Positions 41,873 through 52,566 of a stretch of DNA of 64,000 bases are shown here, piece by piece (the stretch's first letter is position 1; each line of letters begins with the position of its first letter). Source of the DNA: Novakomyces olei (Eukaryota); NCBI GenBank assembly GCA_016906335.1, contig JADEYG010000015.1:434001-498000 (forward strand), given 5' to 3'. Made by a program: the position numbers and the translations under genes. The notes beneath the pieces were generated by a model, which did not search any database, had not been told where the DNA came from, and saw nothing but the letters and a program-made list of their open reading frames with translations.

Positions 41873-44800
41873 TTAATCTCTCCAATGACGTTTAGTCAAA
41901 GCGGGCTCACCACTGTCGCGATGAATTGCAAAAAACCGAGTGGAAGGTTTATCACAAAACAAAAGCCAGTCCGGTTGTGCAGAGCCCATTCCAATATACC
42001 TGTTTGAATCACTCAATTTCAAGTAGGAGTTAATTCGATCAATAGCGTCAAGGATCGCATCGTGTAAAACGTTGGTAAGCCTGAAAACTTCCTTTACATC
42101 AAGGATCTCACCGTCAACATGGCCCGTGAGCATTGGGACGATCTTGCACGACGGTATAATATTAAAAAAATAAATAGAATCAAACTTTGGATTTTTAGGT
42201 TTAATCTCGTGTCCCACGCTAAATTTTTCCAGCAGCTCGTTACCGAATGTTATATCGACAAAGTCATCAGAAAGAGATAGGACGGGCCGAGTGAATGAAG
42301 TATTGCGCCCATCGTCAGGTTTAAAGGGCAAATCACACCGCCATTCAGTGAATTCTCTTGGGGTTTGGCGGTACAAGAAATCTCTGAATTCCTTTGTCAA
42401 GGCCTTGTAACCAGGATCTGCAATCTGGACAAGCTTCTGCCCGGGAAAGGCTTCAGCGTACTCGGATTCCAGTTTGTCAAGTTTTTCCTCATCGTATTTT
42501 GCGGGTTGCGATTGTATAGACAGATGATAACTAAAAGGCTTTTGCCTGTTATGAGGATTTTCATCGCAGACCTCTTTGCTCGTGCTGATTTTCGATACAA
42601 ACACAGTAGTGTTGCGTCCTCGACTCCAAATGATTTCATTTGCCATTGCCACCATATCCATCATGTCTTCCCGTATGATTCGATCCATTTCGATGGCATT
42701 TTTAGAGCTGTCTTCATAATAGTTCGAGGCCCTGAAAAGCTGCCGAGTTATCTCGCAAGTTGTGTTAATACTAATCGACACAAGGTATTGTAATGCATTC
42801 TTTTTCTGACCATTTTCGAAAACTAGCTCCTTGTACAAAGTACGCTCTCCGTCCTTGTAACCCTTCAGATCATACTTGAAGAGTCTTTCCTCAACAGGCA
42901 TATCAAGGGTTATATCTTCTGCATAGTCCTTCAACATAGAAAGTGCAATCCGCGGTCTGGGGTTATTGCATGGACCAACATGCGTGAGCCGGCAGCGCAT
43001 TTCTGTGAGCCAATAATATTTGTATCTTCTCAAAACTTTCTCCTTAAAAAAGCTCTTGTAAGAAGGAATAAGACCTGGTATTAACCCGTCCTTTAGGATT
43101 CTGGCCACATAAGCTGTCCGTGGTCTTTGCGCCAACTCTATACCACAATTTCTGTATGCAGGTTCGGTTGTGGGGAACACTAGCAGCTCTGGTGCTACCG
43201 TAAAGCTTTCCGTAGTCGTAACAGTGCTAGTAATCACACTAGTATTTACACTAGTACTTATGCTGGTAACAGTACTTATATCTAGCCTTGTCGTTGTGCT
43301 AACGCTAACATTGACGCTAAAAAGGGTGGAGACAGTTGTAATGAGCCGGGTCAGGTTGCGAGCGGGCAGGACGGTGGGACAAGTACACGCGGGCAAAACG
43401 AGCGGGGACAGGGTCCTGTTCTCATGGCCAGGCTGCTTTAGTACCCTGCTCTTGTCAGGCACACTGGCATTAACCTGGTAAAGGTCGGGGTGGCTCTTTG
43501 GTCTATCCCCAGTTCTATAGCTGGCATCGCTCTGATTGTGCGAGCCAGCCAGACCCGAGGCGAGTGCTGTTTCGTTGCTCTGTATGCCTGGCATAGTCAT
43601 ATTCTTAGTAAAACCCCCAGCGAGCCCGCTCTGCTCTGCATCCAGTCCGCCCAACCCGCCGCGTGTACCATTCTGCTGTAGTGCAAGTGTAGTAGTACTA
43701 TTTGCAGCATTGATAGCATGCATGTACCCGCCAGTCTCAATGGCCTCGGCGCCCTGAGTACTCTCAGAGCCGTCAGAGCCCCGGATCAATGTTATGGTGA
43801 CTGTAGCGCGTAAATGGTCGGGCAGACTGGAAGTGTTGTACTGGCCGATGGCACCCGGGCCATTGTCTACTATCATGGAGGGTGCAAAGCGTCCATAGAC
43901 TGTCGAGGCTTCCGTCTGCTGTAGCGGGCAAGCCGTAATAAAGATGGCAGAGAAACTGCAAGAAGAAATGGGAGGCAGTAGAGGGTTGAGTGTTGCGTTT
44001 GGCAGTGCAAACGCTGTAGAGTTGCCGGGTGAAAAAAGCGTTGGGCCAGTCTGATTGCCAGCCAGAGCCGCAGAGGCCACAGCGTCTATAGGTAAATACT
44101 TTGGCCGTCTCGTGAGTTCGTGTCTGGAATTTGGTGCGTCCATTGGCACACCTGTCGAAGCATTAGAAGATGTATTAAAAGCAGCCGGAAAAGCGTCGAT
44201 AGGGCCAGTGGCATTGCTGTGGCGTTGAATACCGCTCGGCGTGCGTCCAGGTTCGTTATTGTCAGTGTGAGATTGTCTTTCTGCTTCAACGTTACCAGGT
44301 ACAAGCTCTGAAATGTGTAAACCCGGAAAATCGGGATGGGCCGTGGCATTAATCAAATTTGAGCCATTCCTATCAGCCACAGTCTCATTGGAAGAATAGA
44401 CTAACCACGTCCCAGCTGTGCCGTTAATGGTCCCATTGTGACGCTCATGCTCGTCCTTATTTGAAGTCTCGTCCTTATTTGAAGTCTCGTCCTTATTTGA
44501 AGTCTCTTCCTTGTTTAAAGTCTCTTCCTTATTTGAAGTCTCTTCCTTGTTTAAAGTCTCTTCCTTTATCGAGCTCCATGAAACAAATCTATTCTGTGCA
44601 GATTCAAAAAGGGGCACTGACCCAAAAAGAATTCTGTCGTCTGTTTTTTTTGAAATCAGAGTCAAAGTGACTCTGTCAGCATCCGCCTGGACTCTGCTTG
44701 TAACTGTAACTGAAAAATTAGTACGTATTCCGGCCTGGCTCGTTCCGGAACTGCTGACTGCTCCTTCTTGGCTCTTTGTAGAATTGGCTTTTGCCACGGC

Positions 44801-47800
44801 ACTGCCTACTGTGTAGGTGGCCTCTGTGCGGTTTAATCTTGCATCTGTCCTGCCTGTTTTTGCCGCTTCCGAGCTTTTACGTTTGCCCCCCTCACCATCC
44901 GGCCAGGAGGACTCTGCCCCATTGGCGTTTGTACTATAATAATTAAATAAAAACGTGCTGGTCTTGTTAGACACGGCAAACGTGCCACTGCTGCCCTGTG
45001 ACACAGGGCGCGTAGAGTTAACCGCGATCCGTTGAGAGGAGTCAACTGTACGTGTCAATTGCTCAGACCTCTCTTCGCCGCTCTGTGTCTCCTCGTCGCT
45101 GCTTATTGTCGGATTAAAGCTGTCTCGTACTTCTGTTGGTGCTTTTTGCTGCGTGTATTGTGGTTTAGCGCTGTTGGGAGCTGTCGTATTCGCACTCGCT
45201 GTTGCAGGAACGTTTCGGGTCTTGTCGGCGGCCATTGCTCGGCTCACCGATTCAGTGGCAATTTTGTTTTGGTGGGTTTCAGAGTACGGCTCCCATACCT
45301 CATTGGCCTCTTGGGCCTCTTGGGCCTCTTGGGTCTCTTGGGCCTCTTGTCTCGTCGCACTGCCCGCACTTTCAGGTACTCTGCCATTGCTGTTTGTCTG
45401 TAAAGCATCTTGCGGCACTTGCTGTGACGTTTTATTGCCAAAGGAGACCACAATCGCGGCTGTTCTATTTGACGTGTCATTATTGCGGTCAGCAGTAGCC
45501 GTTGTTGATGCAAAAGTGTGCTTTGCTCCACTTTGCCTGTTTGGCTTATTAGCGTTGGCCAATGCATGTCTGTAATCCCGATCTGGCTCGCTTTTGCCTT
45601 TAGCTGGCTCTACCTCCGCAGGCGACGGTCGGCTTGTACCATGTCCTTGTCCGCCAGGGTTATTCGTACCCTCATTGCTCTGGGCTATAGCATTAATGGC
45701 GTTGATCTGTGTGCTATTTGAAGGGTGCTTAACGGTTCCATTCAGACTCGTGTCATCTGTGGACTGTATTGGAAATGGCTCCCCATGATCGCCATGCTCA
45801 AAGTGACTTTGGACATCTTGCATATTTACTCTACTATCTGTACTTTCAGGTCTGTACGCCTGCCCGTTTGAAGGCTTATCCTCAGCTCCTTTTGTAATAG
45901 TTGTCAGAGGTTTGAACAGATGCGCACTTTGGCTCTCCGTGGGCTCATTCTTTTCTTGTTTTGGGCTATTGTTTTCTCGGTCCTCCGGCTTTATCTTTGT
46001 GTGAGTGTGCTTCATGCCGTGCCGTGAACCTTTGTATTTTTCTCCTGTCTGCCCCGCCTTGTTTCCATGAGTTTGCTTTCTATCATCATCATCATCATCT
46101 TTTTCTTCTTTATCTTCTTCTTTATCTTCTTCTTTATCTTCTTCTTCTTCACCATTGTGACCGTTTTCATGTGGGCTATTTGCCTTTTCCTCACGCTGCT
46201 TATCTTGTGACTTTCTGGGACTGTCGTCTTGAACCATCGTTTGAGCTCTGGGCAAGTCTTCTTTCTGAGTTTTGTCTTGTTTTGCCTTTGCGCTATTTCT
46301 GTTGTCATTTCCCTTCATGTCTTTGTTAACAGCAGTATTGTGTTTTTCTAGAGATAATTTTTCGTCATCCTTCGGTATTGCCTTTGCGCTATTTCTGTTG
46401 TCATTTCCCTTCGTGTCTTTGTTAACAGCAGTATTGTGTTTTTCTAGAGATAATTTTTCGTCATCCTTCGGTACATCATTTTGGGCACCAGAAGCATTGG
46501 CTTCAGTGTTTTTGGTTTTCCTCGGATCTCTCGCCTTGCCTTTGTTTACGGCTTCTCGTTCTGTTTCTCCTGGATTTTTTGTCGCATCTCCTTCGCGAGA
46601 CCCTACATTATTGCCATTATCTTCGTGTTCTCGAGATTGCTGACTGTCGCCATTGTGGTCATCGCCGTGTAGGTTCCGATGGTCGTCTATAGCAGGTGCA
46701 TTCTGTTGTTTGTAATTATCATGAGCTTTAGCTTTCTGGCTATTTCTTAATTCTTTGTTTGAGGGATTTTGCTGTTCTTCAACTCGTTCACTTTGTGGAT
46801 CTATTGGTGCGGGTTTGGATTGCTGCTCATCGGCGTTGGGATCTGTTTCGGATTCCTGTTGGCTCTTCTTGGAGTCGTTGCTGTTGCCAGAACTCTTATC
46901 CTTGTTCCCTTTTGAATTGCTGATAGATTTGTGCTTGCCCTTGGCAAGCGTCTTTACCTTTGGTATTTGATCCTTTCTACGCTCGCTAGAGTCTCTGGAG
47001 GTACCACGGTCAACGTCGCTCTTATCGACGCCGCTCTTATCGACGCCGCTCTTATCGACGCCGCTCTTATCGACGCCGCTCTTATCGACGCCGCTCTTAT
47101 CGACGCCGTTCTTATCAACGTCATTCTTGTATTTTGAATGATCCTGCGCTGACTCAGCACCAAGAAGAGCTGGCTCTTTGCTATCGTCGATGGGCAAAGC
47201 AACTCTACCGTCTCTGTGACCATTGGAGTTTTGGCGGCCCCCTTTATGTTTATCCACATCCACATCAAATGATCTCGTTGCATTAGAGTTGTTATTGAGA
47301 GCCGAAGTCTGGCTATAATTTGACCATTTGAGTTCGTGTTGGCTTGTATTTTTGAACGGGGTTTTTTTTTGAGCTTTACGAAATTCCTCATACTGCTCCT
47401 TGCCGATTGATCTAGCTGTTTTTGCGATAAAACTAGCAGACGCATCAACGCTTTCGTCCAAACCTTGGTCCTTTCTGAAAATTTCAAACAAGTCTCTTGT
47501 TGAATTTGACTGCTGTATTGGTCTAGCTTTCTGGTATTTTGTTCGCCCTGTATTGTCTTTTGCGGCAGGTACAGATCTTTTTTTAATTACCATTTTCAAA
47601 GCTTTCGATTGGTAAGCTGCTCTATCTTCAAGTGCTACTAGATCATCGATTTTGTTGTTATGTTGCAATTGCTCATGATCCGCTCGAATTTCCTGTTCTC
47701 CGTTGCAAGACGTTTTCTTACCTTGTGCAACTGCGTCACATTGTGAGTCTAGATCGCTGTCGTCGTTGCTGTCTCTTTCAGAAGTATGTTTTTCTTTTTT

Positions 47801-48127
47801 ACCTTTTTCTTTGTCATAAAGCCCGCCGAGTGTCACGCTGCCTGCCAGTTGCTTACCTTCTATTGAATCAAGATCTCGTGGTATCTCTTTGTGTCCTAAT
47901 ATTGTACAGCATTTTGGATCGGGGCAATTACCATTGTCGAATACTAAACTCAGGCATTCCGAGATGGAATCTGCTTCTTGCTGAGCGGCTACCTTTTGAT
48001 ATTGGAGGCTATTTGCAATTTCGGGTGAAAATGCAGCTACAGCCCGAAATCTACCCAATGGGGTCTGTGGCAGAAACAGCACCGATGCTACTGTAATCAA
48101 AAGCAACCGATTTACTTCTGGTAACAT
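41873..48127 (-). CDS. 2084-aa secreted orphan glycoprotein with low-complexity repeats and a duplicated C-terminal domain
   Basis: Uninterrupted 6.25-kb ORF; hydrophobic signal LLLITVASVLFL; many NxS/T sequons; Thr-rich linker; no family recognised. Confidence 0.8.
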   Translation of the reverse strand: MLPEVNRLLLITVASVLFLPQTPLGRFRAVAAFSPEIANSLQYQKVAAQQEADSISECLSLVFDNGNCPDPKCCTILGHKEIPRDLDSIEGKQLAGSVTLGGLYDKEKGKKEKHTSERDSNDDSDLDSQCDAVAQGKKTSCNGEQEIRADHEQLQHNNKIDDLVALEDRAAYQSKALKMVIKKRSVPAAKDNTGRTKYQKARPIQQSNSTRDLFEIFRKDQGLDESVDASASFIAKTARSIGKEQYEEFRKAQKKTPFKNTSQHELKWSNYSQTSALNNNSNATRSFDVDVDKHKGGRQNSNGHRDGRVALPIDDSKEPALLGAESAQDHSKYKNDVDKNGVDKSGVDKSGVDKSGVDKSGVDKSGVDKSDVDRGTSRDSSERRKDQIPKVKTLAKGKHKSISNSKGNKDKSSGNSNDSKKSQQESETDPNADEQQSKPAPIDPQSERVEEQQNPSNKELRNSQKAKAHDNYKQQNAPAIDDHRNLHGDDHNGDSQQSREHEDNGNNVGSREGDATKNPGETEREAVNKGKARDPRKTKNTEANASGAQNDVPKDDEKLSLEKHNTAVNKDTKGNDNRNSAKAIPKDDEKLSLEKHNTAVNKDMKGNDNRNSAKAKQDKTQKEDLPRAQTMVQDDSPRKSQDKQREEKANSPHENGHNGEEEEDKEEDKEEDKEEKDDDDDDRKQTHGNKAGQTGEKYKGSRHGMKHTHTKIKPEDRENNSPKQEKNEPTESQSAHLFKPLTTITKGAEDKPSNGQAYRPESTDSRVNMQDVQSHFEHGDHGEPFPIQSTDDTSLNGTVKHPSNSTQINAINAIAQSNEGTNNPGGQGHGTSRPSPAEVEPAKGKSEPDRDYRHALANANKPNRQSGAKHTFASTTATADRNNDTSNRTAAIVVSFGNKTSQQVPQDALQTNSNGRVPESAGSATRQEAQETQEAQEAQEANEVWEPYSETHQNKIATESVSRAMAADKTRNVPATASANTTAPNSAKPQYTQQKAPTEVRDSFNPTISSDEETQSGEERSEQLTRTVDSSQRIAVNSTRPVSQGSSGTFAVSNKTSTFLFNYYSTNANGAESSWPDGEGGKRKSSEAAKTGRTDARLNRTEATYTVGSAVAKANSTKSQEGAVSSSGTSQAGIRTNFSVTVTSRVQADADRVTLTLISKKTDDRILFGSVPLFESAQNRFVSWSSIKEETLNKEETSNKEETLNKEETSNKDETSNKDETSNKDEHERHNGTINGTAGTWLVYSSNETVADRNGSNLINATAHPDFPGLHISELVPGNVEAERQSHTDNNEPGRTPSGIQRHSNATGPIDAFPAAFNTSSNASTGVPMDAPNSRHELTRRPKYLPIDAVASAALAGNQTGPTLFSPGNSTAFALPNATLNPLLPPISSCSFSAIFITACPLQQTEASTVYGRFAPSMIVDNGPGAIGQYNTSSLPDHLRATVTITLIRGSDGSESTQGAEAIETGGYMHAINAANSTTTLALQQNGTRGGLGGLDAEQSGLAGGFTKNMTMPGIQSNETALASGLAGSHNQSDASYRTGDRPKSHPDLYQVNASVPDKSRVLKQPGHENRTLSPLVLPACTCPTVLPARNLTRLITTVSTLFSVNVSVSTTTRLDISTVTSISTSVNTSVITSTVTTTESFTVAPELLVFPTTEPAYRNCGIELAQRPRTAYVARILKDGLIPGLIPSYKSFFKEKVLRRYKYYWLTEMRCRLTHVGPCNNPRPRIALSMLKDYAEDITLDMPVEERLFKYDLKGYKDGERTLYKELVFENGQKKNALQYLVSISINTTCEITRQLFRASNYYEDSSKNAIEMDRIIREDMMDMVAMANEIIWSRGRNTTVFVSKISTSKEVCDENPHNRQKPFSYHLSIQSQPAKYDEEKLDKLESEYAEAFPGQKLVQIADPGYKALTKEFRDFLYRQTPREFTEWRCDLPFKPDDGRNTSFTRPVLSLSDDFVDITFGNELLEKFSVGHEIKPKNPKFDSIYFFNIIPSCKIVPMLTGHVDGEILDVKEVFRLTNVLHDAILDAIDRINSYLKLSDSNRYIGMGSAQPDWLLFCDKPSTRFFAIHRDSGEPALTKRHWRD
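47015..47121 (-). repeat. 15-bp coding tandem repeat (GVDKS)
   Basis: CTTATCGACGCCGCT x5 plus degenerate flanking copies. Confidence 0.9.
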
Positions 48128-49651
48128 GACTCAGTGAGTGTCGCTTTTTTCTTTGTCCACTTCTTTGCGCTCTTTATTTCATGGGTTCCGATATCAATTG
48201 GCTAACATGGCAACTCACCGACCCTTTGAGAGCAGGCGGGTTTAATGAAAAGGCATTTATATCACGACGATGAAAATGCACTTAATTTACGAAATATAAT
48301 TTGTACGCGGCGTTTTAAAGCCACGTTGGATGACGTTTCGGCTGATGTATACATCAGCCGATATTCTGGACCTATCGTTCGGAGTTTATGAAACATGTCT
48401 CAGTCTGGGTCATGGCTCATCCTCGCGCTAGGCGCGATTGATTGGGTTTCATTACGTTTTCTTTATATAATGCACAAAAAACCATTTGCCTATGACTTTT
48501 TGATTTTACCCAAATAAGCATTCGCGTCTGCTAGCGTGGATATTTTGTATCATGTAATAAGATAGTGGCCTTTTCCATATCATTTTCTGCTAAATTTAGA
48601 TTAATTGGTTAGCATTTAAATCTTGTCTATTGCGCAATTGGCGTTTTATTCATAGTTGACTAGATGTACCCATAGTTAAAGCGGTAATTTTGGGTATGTT
48701 GGCGGTCACGCTAATTATTTAGTAATTAATTTCTCGCTTCCTCGATTTCGTAATCCCCTGAGATCACTGACTAGATTGATCGGATAAACCAATTTAGTTC
48801 AAGTATGAAGCTCTGTTGAAGAGCGTCTGGTCAAAGGCTCCCTTGACCCTTCTAAACGATTTAACATTATTTACTCTTTATAGACATTTAACTACTACCC
48901 CTTTGAGCAAACCCCTTTGAGCAAAAAAGCCTTGGAGTAATCCAAATATTAGATTATAATCATCTCCGAATTGCCCTAGTCCATTATGACTTCCTCTATA
49001 TTTTGACAGATTTCTGATATCTTACAATTTTTAATAACCCTGACCCTATAATCTTAATTTGTGGAAAGAGTAGGATTGAAAGGATGTTTACTCGGTGTTG
49101 TATTTTAACTGACTGGCCGTGGCTTTTGTTCTATAACGAATACCAAAACCTTTGGCATATGCTTAGAATCGATTTTTTTACTGACAATCCTCCATGAAGC
49201 ATTTTTACAATAGTGCACAGACTTTTGGATAGCTTTCGGTCATATTCATAGAATAATTCATGTCAGAGCATCCGCAAGGTATTTTACCCGTACCAAAAAG
49301 ACAATTCTTTAGCTTACGGATCCCGTCGAATGGTCGCGAATGCGTTACAGTTCCGAGGTAATTTTAGAACATTATAATGCAACCTAAATTAAATTGTAGA
49401 CGCACAGTCGTCTACAATTCCTACAGACTAATTAATAGACGCAGCGAGGTAAGCGGCCTGCTCTATAGTAGCGCTTGAGCTATAAAAGTATCATCAAACT
49501 CCAGTCCAACCGTAAATACTGGTCAAATACAGCCTGTAATTATATATTACTGCCAATTAGCCATCCCAGCATACAAGTCATGTTACAAGTCGTGTCTGTG
49601 CCTATCGAATTATATTCGATATTACTTGCACATACACCTCTGTCCCTTGTT

Positions 49652-49671
49652 AGGGTAGGGTAACAGTCACA
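49652..49671 (+). promoter_or_regulatory. Homol E (AGGGTAGGGT) plus Homol D (CAGTCACA) ribosomal-protein promoter
   Basis: Exact matches at 49652-49661 and 49664-49671, ending 55 bp upstream of the RPS23 ATG. Confidence 0.85.
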
Positions 49672-49725
49672 GCGCACAACAACTAAACTCAGCTGTGCGA
49701 GCCCGGATTTCAACTACACACAGCC

Positions 49726-50207
49726 ATGGGCAAGCCGTCGGGTATTAACGCTGCGCGCAAGCTGCGCTCGCATCGCCGTGAAGAACGCTGGGCGGACGCC
49801 CACTACAAAAAGCGTTTGCTTGGTACCGCGTACAAGTCTTCACCATTCGGTGGATCCTCGCACGCGAAGGGGATTGTATTGGAAAAAGTTGGTGTGGAGG
49901 CAAAACAGCCTAATTCTGCTATCCGCAAATGTGTGCGTGTCCAGCTCGTAAAGAACGGCAAAAAGGGTAATTTGAAAATCTTGTTTAATGGGACAGACTT
50001 TTCTAACTTTACGTAGTCACTGCTTTCGTTCCCCGTGATGGGTGCCTCAACTTTGTTGACGAGAACGATGAAGTACTGATCTCTGGTTTCGGTCGCAAGG
50101 GCAAGGCCAAGGGTGATATCCCTGGTGTACGTTTCAAGGTTGTCAAGGTCTCCGGCGTTTCGCTACTGGCTCTGTTTAAAGAGAAGAAGGAGAAGCCCCG
50201 CTCATAG
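49726..50207 (+). CDS. RPS23: 40S ribosomal protein uS12 (S23), 2 exons
   Basis: [41 protein letters not shown]; intron 49967-50016. Confidence 0.98.
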
Positions 50208-51460
50208 GCGCGATATTCAACGGAAAGTGTCTGTATTGAGCATATCATGAAATAGCTGCAATAAACTGGCGATTATTAGCATACGTTTTGCACTTGTGTT
50301 TTGCTATATGTATATTCTGTAGATAATGTTTTGCGTGTTATCATAAATCGGTGTTAATACTCGACGCTACGCTCGAATGCTGTATAGTTCGCTTGGATAT
50401 GTGAAGTATGTACGCTCACAGTGTACTGTCAATATTGCAGATTTATGTTATAATAATTACTGATTATTGTGGGTGGGTAGTTTTATTGTAGATTCTGCTT
50501 TGCGTGTATATATATGTCCAACATGTACGGAGGAGTAAGTTGGTTGCAACGTTGGTTATATGGGGTCGTGTTTTATGATTATTATGTGTGCTTTTCTTTT
50601 CAATTTATTCTTCTAATTTAATTTAATATTTTATAATATCAATACTTATAATTAAAATGTTCAGCTTAAAGTGCAGAAAATAATAGGTAATATGGTGTTC
50701 TTTGTATGCCGATAGCCGGTATCGCTAGCGCTAGCCAAAAAGCATTTGTAATAGACTGGCCCTGAAGACGATAGTATAGTGTCGCTAGACATTGGCATAC
50801 TAACCATTTTACCGGCCATTACGTATTTGGGCCGCCAAGCTGACTAAATACTTGTTCATAATGGTGCAGAGACGACGGCTCAGTGGACTGCGCCAAGCGA
50901 GCCGAAGTTTCAATTTCTTTTCTTTTACGATAAACACACTACTCTTTCATCTATCGAGACTTTTTATCGGTAATTGATAGATAATATGACAGGTGCAAAT
51001 GTACCGGGACAACTACTCGTTTCAGCGTGTATCACGCAAAAATACAAAATAGCCCGGTGCCCGAAATAGCTGTCAAGTAAGCCTTCGTGCTGAGCAATAT
51101 AAAACACATATTACTAATTGTGCCAGCGCACATGATATATTCACACTATATACTTCAGGGGATAACTTCCATTCACGTTCCTATTCCTGTGTATGTTTAG
51201 AATACTTGCAATATTAATTAATACTTTATATATATATAAACACATAATAGCCAATACTTTGGGCTAAAGCCAAAAGTCGCACCGATAACGATGAGGGATC
51301 GCGCCGACATCCTTTCGCCGTAACGAACGGTGCGATATTTAGAAGCACGTTTATTCAATTAATTTTGGGGATTTTGGAGACGAGTATTTAGCAATCGTTA
51401 GCGCTGTCAGGCTCCGCCAAACCGATTCAAGACCAGCACGAAATAGTCCGGCCGAAGTTT

Positions 51461-52566
51461 ATGGCTCAGCACGACGATACAGGCATGTGGGGCCTCAGTC
51501 CCGGAACAACGCCGCCCGAGTCGCCGCCTGCTATCGTATACGACGATACAGTAGAGAAAAATGTCAAACAAAGTATGCCGTTATTTCGATTTTGCCATTT
51601 CACGCGTCTTTGCCTGGTTTTGTTTCGACTTTTTATGCCGCTCCAATTGCCATGATCCCCAACTTTTTCTGCTGGGGTCTTGACATTTTTGCAATGCCCT
51701 TGCAATATTTTTGCCGTGCTTTGTTTATTTTATAATGAAATCTGTTTGAATCTTTTTATGCTAAAAAATGTCATTCTAATTCTCTTTTCCGACTGTTTTT
51801 ATCGGGTTGCAAACAGTCATCTCTATTGCGGAGTTTTACTATTTTTCCGATTCTTAGTGGCTTTCCTACTCTCTCTGTTCAATGCGTTTAATAACACTTA
51901 TTACTCAAACCGTATTAATAGCAATGTCTTGCACTCCTTGCACATCTTTCTTCTTCTAGCTCTAATTTTACAGTCATGATTCAACAATCGCAAACTATAC
52001 TGGCAGTCAGTGAGGCTTTACAGTCAAACTCGTTAGAGGTCTTTGTTACTGCGCTGCTCAAATCTGCCGACAACCCTGGGTCAAGGGTTTGCGTTTGTGG
52101 TGTAGGAAAGTCTGGTATTATTGGCCGCAAATTCGTAGCGACTCTGAGCTCTATCGGCGTTCCTGCTTTCTCTATGAATGCCGCTGATGCAATGCACGGA
52201 GACCTTGGCATGTTGTCACCACATCGGGATGTGGTTATACTTATCTCAAACAGTGGGGAAACTGTGGAACTGCTTACTTTAATCCCACACATCCGTCGTA
52301 TTGGTGTTGCTTCACTTCTTGCCATTACTCGCTGTACGGACAGTAAACTGGCCAAGCTTTGCGACTGTAGCATTGCTCATGGATTTTTACAAGAGAATGA
52401 AGGCAAAATTCCATCTTGTTCAACTACGGCAGTTCTCTCACTGTGTGATGCTCTGGCTATTACTACGGCAAGAATGCGGATTTCAACAACTGAAGACTTT
52501 CGGCTAAGGCACCCTGGAGGTGCTATTGGCGAGGGCCAGCCAGGGCCGTTTGGGGGAATAGTCTAG
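51461..52566 (+). CDS. KpsF/GutQ-type SIS-domain phosphosugar isomerase without CBS domains, 2 exons
   Basis: GVGKSGIIGRKFVATLSSIG, DAMHGDLG, SNSGET, PSCSTT, HPGGAIG; intron 51573-51973 joins exon 1 in frame. Confidence 0.85.

Noticed and set aside
49030-49070. TAACCCTGACCCTA plus an Sm-like AATTTGTGG as possible telomerase RNA
   Set aside because: Imperfect template; no pseudoknot or three-way junction recognisable.
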